Assembly: GCA_036262195.1 (NCBI GenBank)
Contig: DATAJI010000151.1
Location: forward strand, 1-29,854
Length of the DNA stretch: 29,854 nt
DNA from: Solirubrobacteraceae bacterium
GTDB lineage: Bacteria; Actinomycetota; Thermoleophilia; Solirubrobacterales; Solirubrobacteraceae
Reading direction: 5' to 3'
Notes under the pieces: generated by a model
Databases searched by the model: none
Told to the model about the DNA's origin: nothing
Seen by the model: the letters and a program-made list of their open reading frames with translations, nothing else
Program-made: the position numbers and the translations under genes
Part shown: in pieces, positions 11,775 through 19,626 of the stretch
Layout: the number at the start of each line of letters is the position of its first letter
Numbering within the stretch: position 1 is the stretch's first letter

Positions 11775-12769
11775 GCCCGCGGACGCCGATCGCAGCGCCG
11801 CAGATCACGATCGACCACGCGTTCGAGGACTCCGCAACGCGAACGCTCCCCGAGGACGCGCTCGATGGATTGACGCAGCCGTTTAAGGAGCTTCCGCCGA
11901 AGCACTTCTACGATGCACGCGGCGCGGCGCTGTTCGAGCAGATCTGTGAGCTTCCCGAGTATTACCCGACGCGCACTGAGCGCGCGATCCTCGAGCGAGC
12001 GGCCGACGCGATCGTCGCCAGCACGGGCGCCGGGGAGCTTGTCGAGTTGGGGTCCGGGAGCGCGACCAAGACGCGCGTGCTGCTCGACGCGATGGCGCGC
12101 GCCGGAACGCTCGAGCGGTACGTCGCGATCGACGTCACCGAAACCGCGGTGCGCGAGAGCGGCATGCAGCTGATCGAGGAATACCCGGGCCTTTCGGTCC
12201 ACGGGCTGATTGGAGATTTCGAGCGCCACCTCGACCGGCTTCCGCCGCCTCGCGCGCGGCGGCTCGTCGTGTTCCTCGGCGGCACGATCGGGAACTTCCG
12301 CCCCGGCGCTCGGCGTCGCTTCCTGCGCGCCATCTGTGCGCTGCTCGAAGACGACGACCGCCTCCTTCTCGGGACCGACCTCGTCAAGGATCGAGCCACG
12401 CTCATTGCGGCCTACGACGACCCGGCTGGGATCACTGCGCTTTTCAATCGCAACATGCTGCACGTCCTCAACCGTGAGCTCGGTGGCGATTTCGCGCCCG
12501 ATCAGTTCGACCACGTTGCCCTGTTCGACGATCGCAACGAGTGGATCGAGATGCGTTTGCGGGCGCGCTCGCGTCAGACCGTCACGCTTCCGGCGATTGG
12601 CCTCCAGGTGGACTTCGCGACCGGCGAGGAGCTGCGCACCGAGATCAGCGCGAAGTTCACCCGTAGCCGCCTCGACGCTGATCTCGCCGCCGCTGGACTC
12701 GCGCTCGACGGCTGGTACACGGATCCGCGCGACTGGTTCGCCGTTTCGCTCGCGCGCCGCGCGCGTTAG
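11771..12769 (+). CDS. egtD: L-histidine N-alpha-methyltransferase EgtD
   Basis: KELPPKHFYDARG..LF..I..LPEYYPTRTE, ELGSGSATKT, FLGGTIGNF, AYDDPAGITALFN and TEISAKF. The GTG start overlaps the egtB stop (GTGA). Confidence 0.93.
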   Translation: MSPRTPIAAPQITIDHAFEDSATRTLPEDALDGLTQPFKELPPKHFYDARGAALFEQICELPEYYPTRTERAILERAADAIVASTGAGELVELGSGSATKTRVLLDAMARAGTLERYVAIDVTETAVRESGMQLIEEYPGLSVHGLIGDFERHLDRLPPPRARRLVVFLGGTIGNFRPGARRRFLRAICALLEDDDRLLLGTDLVKDRATLIAAYDDPAGITALFNRNMLHVLNRELGGDFAPDQFDHVALFDDRNEWIEMRLRARSRQTVTLPAIGLQVDFATGEELRTEISAKFTRSRLDADLAAAGLALDGWYTDPRDWFAVSLARRAR

Positions 12770-13395
12770 AGACCCAGGTCCCTCACACCCAGCTCGTCGA
12801 AGCCGACGTGGTGGGCGAGCTCGTGACGCACCGTGCGCGTCACCTGCTCGCGCAGCGCGTCGCCATCGCCGCCGAAGTCGCGCCGCAGCGAGTCGCGGAA
12901 GATCACGATCCGATCAGGATGGTTATCGCGACGGCCGCCATCACCCTGATAAAGCCCGTAGAGCCCGGCCTTGCGCCCGCCGGAGGAGATCACCACGGCG
13001 ACGTGGCGTAGCGCGTTCTGCAGCAGGTCGGGCAGCTCGTCGAGGGCATCGCGCACCAGCTCCTCGAAGTCGCTGTCATCGAGCGGGTCGAGCTCCATGA
13101 ACTCGACCTCGTCCGGGTCGGCCGCCAGGTTGCTGCTCGCGAGACGCTCGCTGCGCTGCACCGTCAGCTCGAACTCCTGCTCGCTCTCATGCCAGCCGGC
13201 GAGGCGGGCGCTGATCAGCTCTACGATCGCGGCCAACACGATCAGGCCGAGCACGACGATCGCGACAAGCTCGAGCACCCGCAATGCCGTCGAGTGGCTC
13301 GGCGGGCTCGCGATCACCGCGACCAGCAGCGCGACGAAGAACCCGCCGGCGAGCGCGCGACCGATCGTCTTCAGGTTCGCCTGGGCTGGTGGCAT
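12766..13395 (-). CDS. Minimal zincin metallopeptidase-family protein (Zincin_1/DUF1025-like) with two N-terminal TM helices
   Basis: FEELVRDALDELP, LYGLYQG, PDRIVIFR and TVRHELAHHVGF (HEXXH). Two hydrophobic segments at the N-terminus. TACTTT -10 lies 6 nt before ATG 13395. Confidence 0.8.
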   Translation of the reverse strand: MPPAQANLKTIGRALAGGFFVALLVAVIASPPSHSTALRVLELVAIVVLGLIVLAAIVELISARLAGWHESEQEFELTVQRSERLASSNLAADPDEVEFMELDPLDDSDFEELVRDALDELPDLLQNALRHVAVVISSGGRKAGLYGLYQGDGGRRDNHPDRIVIFRDSLRRDFGGDGDALREQVTRTVRHELAHHVGFDELGVRDLGL

Positions 13396-13457
13396 CCTCG
13401 AAAAGTAAAGTAGCTGGCGCTGCCTTCGGGGCGTGCACTGTGCGTATTCTGGTGGCC

Positions 13458-13805
13458 GTGAGCGCATTCGAGAACCCGCAGATCGAGGTCAGCCCCGAGC
13501 GGGCCAAGCAGCTTGCCGCCGAGGGCGCCACGTTCATCGATGTTCGCGAGCCCTACGAGCGCCACGCCGGCTACATCCCTGGCACGCGCCACATCGAGCT
13601 CGAGCGGCTCGCCTCCCAGGCGGATCAGATCGATCGCTCCGCCCCCGTCGTCTTCCACTGCCGCCTAGGCGTCCGCTCGGCGATGGCGGCAAGCGCATTC
13701 CGCTCCGCCGGCTTCGACGCGTACACGATGGCGGGTGGGATCCAGGCCTGGGTCGAGGCGGGACTGCCGATCGAGCCGGAGGACGGCTACGTAGCGGAGC
13801 ATTAA
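13458..13805 (+). CDS. Single-domain rhodanese (sulfurtransferase)
   Basis: FIDVREPYE..GYIPG, active-site loop CRLGVRS and MAGGIQAW. GTG start 7 nt after TATTCT. Confidence 0.9.
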   Translation: MSAFENPQIEVSPERAKQLAAEGATFIDVREPYERHAGYIPGTRHIELERLASQADQIDRSAPVVFHCRLGVRSAMAASAFRSAGFDAYTMAGGIQAWVEAGLPIEPEDGYVAEH

Positions 13806-13866
13806 CTGCGGCGGCGGCGCCGTGCGGGCCGTCGGCCTCGGTCAGTTTCGGTCAGATCGACGCTGC

Positions 13867-15516
13867 TCAGAAGAGCAGCGCGTGGAGGAAGCGCTGATTC
13901 GCGCGACCGACGATCGTCGTGTTCGGGTGCAGGCCGATGGCGCGCTCCACGGTGGTCGAGTACGGCATCGCCACCATGAACATGTATACGCCGAGGACAA
14001 TCGCGGCGATTCTTATGCGCCGCCCGCGAGCGAGTGCCGCAAACGGGAGCAGCCAGATCAGGTACCAGGGAAGCTCCCAGCTCAGCGTCAACAGCAACGC
14101 GAGAATCGCAACGCCGCAAGGCAGCATCCAATCGTGGCTGCGCCAGGCCCAGATCGTGCAAACCACGACGACCGCCGCGAGCGCGATCGTAAAGGCCAGC
14201 CGGACCCCGGGCGACGCGCCGCCGTCGCCGATGAGGTAGCCGACGACGTTGGGAACGCTGCCCGGTATCACGAGCGCGTCCTGCTGGCTCAAGTCGGGCA
14301 CGTTCAGACCAAACGCGGCAATCGAGGCTGCGGCAAGGCCGGCCGCACCGATCAAGAAGCCGGTCGCCAGTCGCAGCCTGCGGGCGCTGCCTGCCAAAAC
14401 GATCGGGATTAGAACTACCGCGGACGCCTTGATCGCGACTGCGCCGATGAGCAAGATGCCGCCGCTCACCGCCCACCACCAGCCCGGCTGGCCTGGGCCG
14501 AGCGGACGGGGCGCGCCATCGATCCACGAGAGAGCTCGCCGCCAGGCGGAGCCGAGCTTCGCGACGGCGCCGCCACTCGCGGCCACCGGGCCCGGCGGCC
14601 CGGCGCGCGCCGAACGCACGCGCGCCTGGATCAGCAGGTACATGCCAAGCGTGACCAAGAAGATCATCAGGAAGTCGCTGTGGTCGGCGCCGAGTCCCCA
14701 GACGAGCACGATCGGGTTCAAGCCGACGAACAGTGCCGCACTGAGGCGGTGGCGCCCGAGCAGGCCGGCCGACCCCCAGACCAGCCAGACGCTACCCAGA
14801 CTGGTCAGTAGCAACGCGGTCTTCAGGATCCAGTAAGAGCCGGCGATGCCCAATGGCACGACCGCCATCGTGATCAGCGTCAGCAGCGGGCCGTACGGGC
14901 TCTCGAGCCCGTGCCAGTTGCTGAGCGAGAAGACCGGGTCGTTGTGTGGCTCGAGGGCCGGGATCGTCGTGTAGGGGTTGAGGTGGTAGAGGACCTCCAT
15001 CCGGCCGTAGTTGAGGTAGTTGAAGATGTCGGTCAACGGCAACGGTGGCGAGAGAAAGAAGATCACCTGAAGCACGACGACGGCGCTCAAGGCAAACGCC
15101 GGCCGGACGCGCGGGGCGCAGATCAGCACGGCGATGTAGGCCAGGTACATCGTCGCGATGCCGGCTGTGAAAACCGCTTCGAGCGTGGCGGAGCTGAAGC
15201 TGACCCAGCTTGTCAGCGCCGCCAGCGGGCCGGCCAGCCAGGTTGGGTAGTCACCGGGGCGAGCGGTCGGCGAGAGGTAGTCACGGGGGACTTGCGAAGC
15301 CGCGAGGGAGACGATGATCAGGCTGATCAGGATCATCGCCGTCAGCGCCGCGGACGACGCGGCTGCGGCGGCGCCGGACTTCACCGCGTCACGGCGATCC
15401 GGGGCCAGCCACTCGCCGCCCAGTGGGGGCGCAGGACGGCCGCCACGCGCACGGGGCAGACGCTGGGTGCCCGCGCTCACGTCAGCAAGCACCGTCCCGG
15501 AGCCGTCAGCCGTCAT
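13867..15516 (-). CDS. GT-C polyprenol-phosphate-sugar-dependent glycosyltransferase, MptA/MptB (alpha-1,6-mannosyltransferase)-like
   Basis: Many TM segments; TDIFNYLNYGR, HLNPY, W..LESPYGPL, LNPIVLVWG, H.DFLM, AIKASA and PWYLIWLLP. Start ATG 15516 or 15528. Confidence 0.7.
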   Translation of the reverse strand: MTADGSGTVLADVSAGTQRLPRARGGRPAPPLGGEWLAPDRRDAVKSGAAAAASSAALTAMILISLIIVSLAASQVPRDYLSPTARPGDYPTWLAGPLAALTSWVSFSSATLEAVFTAGIATMYLAYIAVLICAPRVRPAFALSAVVVLQVIFFLSPPLPLTDIFNYLNYGRMEVLYHLNPYTTIPALEPHNDPVFSLSNWHGLESPYGPLLTLITMAVVPLGIAGSYWILKTALLLTSLGSVWLVWGSAGLLGRHRLSAALFVGLNPIVLVWGLGADHSDFLMIFLVTLGMYLLIQARVRSARAGPPGPVAASGGAVAKLGSAWRRALSWIDGAPRPLGPGQPGWWWAVSGGILLIGAVAIKASAVVLIPIVLAGSARRLRLATGFLIGAAGLAAASIAAFGLNVPDLSQQDALVIPGSVPNVVGYLIGDGGASPGVRLAFTIALAAVVVVCTIWAWRSHDWMLPCGVAILALLLTLSWELPWYLIWLLPFAALARGRRIRIAAIVLGVYMFMVAMPYSTTVERAIGLHPNTTIVGRANQRFLHALLF

Positions 15517-15630
15517 ATCGCCTTGCATTACGACTTGGGGCGCTATCTGGCCGAGCTGGCGCGGGTCAACGTGCGCCGAGAATAGCGCCCGACAGGGCTG
15601 CTTTTGTCATTTCCCGCAGCGAACGCGCGG

Positions 15631-15657
15631 CGGAGCCCGTCACGCGGACGGGCTCCG
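15631..15657 (-). terminator. GC-rich hairpin downstream of the cold-shock gene
   Basis: Perfect 11-bp stem CGGAGCCCGTC / GACGGGCTCCG with a 5-nt loop, 35 nt after the csp stop. No U-tract, which is common in actinobacteria. Confidence 0.6.
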
Positions 15658-15691
15658 TAGCGTCGTACTGCGGTGAGTGGTGCGCCGAGTG

Positions 15692-15895
15692 CTACAGCGG
15701 TACGACGTTGACGGCCTTCGGGCCCTTGTCGCCAGCTTCCGCATCGAAGGACACTTTCGCGCCCTCCTGCAGAGAGCGATAGCCCTCGCCGACGATTCCT
15801 GTGTGATGGACGAACAGATCCTTGTCGCCATCGTCAGGCGTGATGAACCCGAATCCCTTGTCGTCGCTAAACCACTTCACGGTGCCCGTAGGCAT
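15692..15895 (-). CDS. csp: Cold-shock protein (CspA family)
   Basis: GTVKWF..KGFGFI (RNP1) and DLFVHH (RNP2); 67 aa; GGAGGA SD at 15906-15901. Confidence 0.97.
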   Translation of the reverse strand: MPTGTVKWFSDDKGFGFITPDDGDKDLFVHHTGIVGEGYRSLQEGAKVSFDAEAGDKGPKAVNVVPL

Positions 15896-16066
15896 TGCGT
15901 TCCTCCACTGTCTTGATCGTGCTGCGACGCGGAGGACGCTTTGAAAGCTTCGACTGCGAGCGCTCGCACTACTTGGCCGGACCTTCCGGCATCTTGCACC
16001 CGGTCACGCTAGCAGGTCGGTGGCGTTGTAACTCGCCGCGATCAGCTGAGCGGTACGCTTTGTGTC

Positions 16067-16471
16067 GTGGGCAGCAAGGTGGACAAGACGGATGACGAGT
16101 GGCGGACGACGCTCACGCCTGAGCAGTTTGAGGTTCTCCGCCGCAGCGGCACCGAGCCCGCGTTCAGCGGCGAGCTGAACGCAAACAAGGAGCTCGGCGA
16201 GTACTACTGTGCCGGCTGCGGGACCGAGCTGTTCCGCTCCGACACGAAGTTCGACTCGGGCACCGGCTGGCCGAGCTTCTGGCAGCCGGCAGATGGCGAC
16301 GCCGTTCGCACTGCCGAGGATCACAGCCTGCTGATGCGCCGCACCGAGGTGCTCTGCGCAACTTGCGAAGGCCATCTTGGTCATGTCTTCGAGGATGGCC
16401 CGCAGCCGACCGGGATGCGCTACTGCATTAACTCCGCTGCGCTCGAGTTTTCGCCGGAGCCCTCGGAATAG
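16067..16471 (+). CDS. msrB: Peptide-methionine (R)-S-oxide reductase
   Basis: GTEPAF, CAGC and CATC zinc pairs, KFDSGTGWPSF, HLGHVFEDGP and RYCINS. GTG start 7 nt after TACGCT. Confidence 0.96.
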   Translation: MGSKVDKTDDEWRTTLTPEQFEVLRRSGTEPAFSGELNANKELGEYYCAGCGTELFRSDTKFDSGTGWPSFWQPADGDAVRTAEDHSLLMRRTEVLCATCEGHLGHVFEDGPQPTGMRYCINSAALEFSPEPSE

Positions 16472-16554
16472 CGCCGTCCGGGGGACTGCGCCCGTCCTCC
16501 TCCTGCGATCTGCGCGGGTCTACGTTGCCTTCTCCGCGGCACTGACGTCTGCTG

Positions 16555-17301
16555 ATGGGTAGCGACGCCAACTTTCAACGGCTGATTCCGCCCGGCGGGG
16601 AATGCGGTGCTCGCGAGGCGCTCGCGGGGTGGCGCGAGGAGCCGGCGCGTGGCGCTCGCCGGCCGCGGCTGGCTTTGAACATGGTCGCCAGCGTCGATGG
16701 CCGAGTGACGATCGGCGGCCGTTCGGCGCCGCTGAGTGCCCCCGCTGATCGTGAGTTGTTCCATGCGCTGCGGGCTGAGGTCGACGCCGTGATGGCCGGA
16801 GCGGGCACCGTGCGGCTCGAGCGCTACGGCCCGATCGTGCGTGACGCGGACGTGCGCGAGCGGCGACGCGCCGCGGGGATCCGCGAGCAGCCGCTTGCCG
16901 TGATCGTCAGCCGCTCGCTCGACCTTCCCCCGGACGTGCCCTTGCTTGCTGACCCGGACTCACACGTGGTTGTCGTCGGCTCGGGGACCGCTGAGCTCAA
17001 GGGGGCGCGGGCAGACGTCTCCTATATCCGCTGCGAGACGCTGGCCGACGGCCTCGCCGAGCTGCGGTCCCGCTTCGACATTGGGCTCGTTGTCTGCGAA
17101 GGCGGACCGAGGCTTGCGGCGTCGCTGGTGCGAGAGCGCGTCGTCGATGAGTTGTTCCTCTCCTTCTCGCCTCAGCTCGTCGGTGGAGATCCGGGTCCCA
17201 CGATGCTTGCCGACACCGGCGAGCCGGCGCCGACGCCGCTCGAGTTGCGCCAACTGCTCGCGGCTGGTGGTTCGCTGTTCGCGCGCTACGTCGTCGGCTG
17301 A
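16555..17301 (+). CDS. RibD C-terminal domain / dihydrofolate-reductase-like oxidoreductase
   Basis: NMVASVDGR, LRAEVDAVMAGAGTVRLERY, VCEGGPRL and VDELFLSFSP. No deaminase domain. Confidence 0.85.
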   Translation: MGSDANFQRLIPPGGECGAREALAGWREEPARGARRPRLALNMVASVDGRVTIGGRSAPLSAPADRELFHALRAEVDAVMAGAGTVRLERYGPIVRDADVRERRRAAGIREQPLAVIVSRSLDLPPDVPLLADPDSHVVVVGSGTAELKGARADVSYIRCETLADGLAELRSRFDIGLVVCEGGPRLAASLVRERVVDELFLSFSPQLVGGDPGPTMLADTGEPAPTPLELRQLLAAGGSLFARYVVG

Positions 17302-18287
17302 GCCGCGCCGCTGACGCGCGCCGAGACGGCTTCGAGGAGCTCGCTGGCGAGCGCGCCGCCGTCGGCGGGGTTCATCGGTGTGGCGCTGATCTTGACCACG
17401 ACGTTCGGACCGTCGAGCTCCTCGAGCGTTATCGACGGTCGTCTGCGGAGTGCCACGGTTAGCCGATCCTCGAGCAACTGCTGCACCTCGAGGGGCGTGG
17501 TACCCGGGCGTAGCCGTGCCCGCAGGCTTACGGCGGTCGGCTCGCGCAACGGCATCACAGCCACGTTCAGCACCACGCTGTTGGGTATCAGTAAGTGGTC
17601 CTCACCCGTTGTGAAAGTCGTGTAGAGCAGGCCCAGGGAGAGGGCGGTGCCTTCGATCTGCCCCGCCAGAGCGCCGCCCTGCAGCCTTACGCGCTCGCCA
17701 ACGCGGAACGGACGCGCGCTCAGGAGCACGAGGCCGGCGATCAGGTTTCCGAGCGTTTGTTGCGCCGCGAGGCCGAAGACAACGGCCGTGAAGGAGGCGC
17801 CGATGGCGATTGTCGTCGTGTCAATGCCGGCAAAGCGCAGCGCGATGATCACCGCTCCAAGCAGCGTCGCGAGCCGTACGAGGAACCCGATCGTGCCTGC
17901 GTTCGCCGGATCGACATGCTTGCCAAGCGTCGGTGACAGGACGCGGCCGACCTCCCGTGCGATCGCCCAGCCGAGGATCACGAGCAGGATTACGGTCACG
18001 ACCTGAGCCGTGGTCGTCGCGGTTGTCGATCGCAGGCACAGGGACCCGAGGCACCCGGGCGGACGCCGAGAATGGATCCCGAGCAGGGCCCCGCGATGGT
18101 CGTAGACCACGATTACGCCGACGAAGAGCGCCGCCAATCCGAGCATCTCGGCGCGCGCCCGACGGAGCGCCCCGCCGGTGAGTTCAGGTACTGCTTCGCG
18201 CCAGCTCTCGATCCGTCCTGGGAGCCCGCTCCAGCGGTCGGGACGATCTGGCGGTGACGGTGGTGGTGAGTTCGATTCGGGGCTCAT
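17286..18287 (-). CDS. mscS: Small-conductance mechanosensitive channel (MscS family)
   Basis: TM helices, then FGLAAQQTLGNLIAGLVLLSARPFRVGERV and LIPNS. Confidence 0.9.
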   Translation of the reverse strand: MSPESNSPPPSPPDRPDRWSGLPGRIESWREAVPELTGGALRRARAEMLGLAALFVGVIVVYDHRGALLGIHSRRPPGCLGSLCLRSTTATTTAQVVTVILLVILGWAIAREVGRVLSPTLGKHVDPANAGTIGFLVRLATLLGAVIIALRFAGIDTTTIAIGASFTAVVFGLAAQQTLGNLIAGLVLLSARPFRVGERVRLQGGALAGQIEGTALSLGLLYTTFTTGEDHLLIPNSVVLNVAVMPLREPTAVSLRARLRPGTTPLEVQQLLEDRLTVALRRRPSITLEELDGPNVVVKISATPMNPADGGALASELLEAVSARVSGAAQPTT

Positions 18288-18422
18288 GCGTTACAGCAGG
18301 CGGTGCAATGCCGGCGCGGGCGACGATAGCGCCGTGCGCGGCGCGAGCCGCAGCGCGGACGGTTGAACAGCCTGGCTGTGGTAGCCTGCGGCGCCGGTTT
18401 CAAAGTTATGACCCGGCCAATC

Positions 18423-18443
18423 TAAAGCTCAACCTCAGCTTTA
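18423..18443. promoter_or_regulatory. AT-rich inverted repeat TAAAGCT-N7-AGCTTTA (candidate operator or RNA hairpin)
   Basis: Perfect 7-7-7 inverted repeat in an unusually AT-rich divergent intergenic region. Confidence 0.4.
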
Positions 18444-18495
18444 TACAGAGCAGATAAATGCCTGCAAACGGGGCTGGTGACATAAACCTCGGCTT

Positions 18496-18738
18496 ATGAA
18501 TCGCTCGCGAATCATCGTCGTGCTTGCAGTGCTCGCCGGCATCGTGCTGCTCGTAGTGGCGGGCATCTACTTCGCCGACAAGGCCGAGTCGTTGCCGTCG
18601 TTTTTCCCGGGGCACCAAGCCGGCTCCGCGACGCACCACGTCAAGCATGGGATCGCAGCGGTCGTCGTCGGACTGGCGCTGTTTGCGTTTGCGTGGTTCG
18701 CGAGCGGTCCGCGCAAGGACGCCGCGAAAGCGTCTTAG
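18496..18738 (+). CDS. Small two-TM membrane protein with a His-rich loop, unknown function
   Basis: 80 aa; hydrophobic helices flank SLPSFFPGHQAGSATHHVKH; fills the gap between mscS and uppP. Confidence 0.75.
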   Translation: MNRSRIIVVLAVLAGIVLLVVAGIYFADKAESLPSFFPGHQAGSATHHVKHGIAAVVVGLALFAFAWFASGPRKDAAKAS

Positions 18739-18744
18739 GCCAGC

Positions 18745-19614
18745 TCAGAGCGCGAATGCGACGAGGCAGACCGTCCCGAGAGCGATGCAGTAGACCCCGA
18801 ACGGTTGCAGGCGATTGGTCGTGAGGTAGCGCAGCAGGAAGCGCACGGCGACTACGGTCACCGCCGCCGCGCACAGCGCGCCAACGAGCGCCTGCCCGCG
18901 TACGTCGTTGCCCTGATGGCCGAGCAGGTCGGGAAGCTTGAGAATCCCCGCGGCGGCGATGATCGGCGTCGCGAGGAGAAACGCGTAGCGAGCCGCATCC
19001 TCGTTCGAGAGGCCGAACAAGAGTCCGCCGCCCATCGAGAAGCCCGAGCGCGAGATCCCCGGGACGAGCGCTGCCGCTTGCGATAGACCGACAGCCCCGG
19101 CGCGCAGAAACGAGAGTCGCGCGATGCGCGCGTCCGAGTCCCCCTCCCAGTCGCCCGGCGCCGGCGGTCGCGCCCGAAGGCGCTCGAAGACGAGTAGCGC
19201 GAGGCCGTTCACGATCAAGAAGCAAGCCGCCGCGACCGCCGATGCGAAAAGCTTTTGCAGCGGGCTCTGTAACGCCAGGCCGACCAGTCCGACGGGGATC
19301 GTGCCGGCCACCAGCAGCCAGCCAAGACGGGCGTCTGTGTCCTCGGGGCGGATCTCACGCGCCGCCAGCGAGCGCAGCATCCCGCGCACGATGCGGACCC
19401 AGTCGCGCCAGAAGTAGACGAGCAGGACGATCGCCGTCGCGAGGTGGAGCGCCACCAGGAAGCTCAGGAAATAGCCGTCGTTCTGGTGGATGTTCCAGCC
19501 GAGCAGGCGCGGCAGCACGACTGCGTGGCCGAGGCTTGAGACCGGGAACGGCTCGGCTACGCCTTGGATGATGCCGAGGATCACTGCTTGGAAGTAGCTG
19601 ATCGGATCGTGCAC
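18745..19614 (-). CDS. uppP: Undecaprenyl-diphosphate phosphatase (BacA/UppP)
   Basis: LGIIQGVAEPFPVSSLGH, HLATAI and PGISRSG motifs; polytopic membrane protein. Confidence 0.92.
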   Translation of the reverse strand: MHDPISYFQAVILGIIQGVAEPFPVSSLGHAVVLPRLLGWNIHQNDGYFLSFLVALHLATAIVLLVYFWRDWVRIVRGMLRSLAAREIRPEDTDARLGWLLVAGTIPVGLVGLALQSPLQKLFASAVAAACFLIVNGLALLVFERLRARPPAPGDWEGDSDARIARLSFLRAGAVGLSQAAALVPGISRSGFSMGGGLLFGLSNEDAARYAFLLATPIIAAAGILKLPDLLGHQGNDVRGQALVGALCAAAVTVVAVRFLLRYLTTNRLQPFGVYCIALGTVCLVAFAL

Positions 19615-19626
19615 GAGCCGCGCAGA

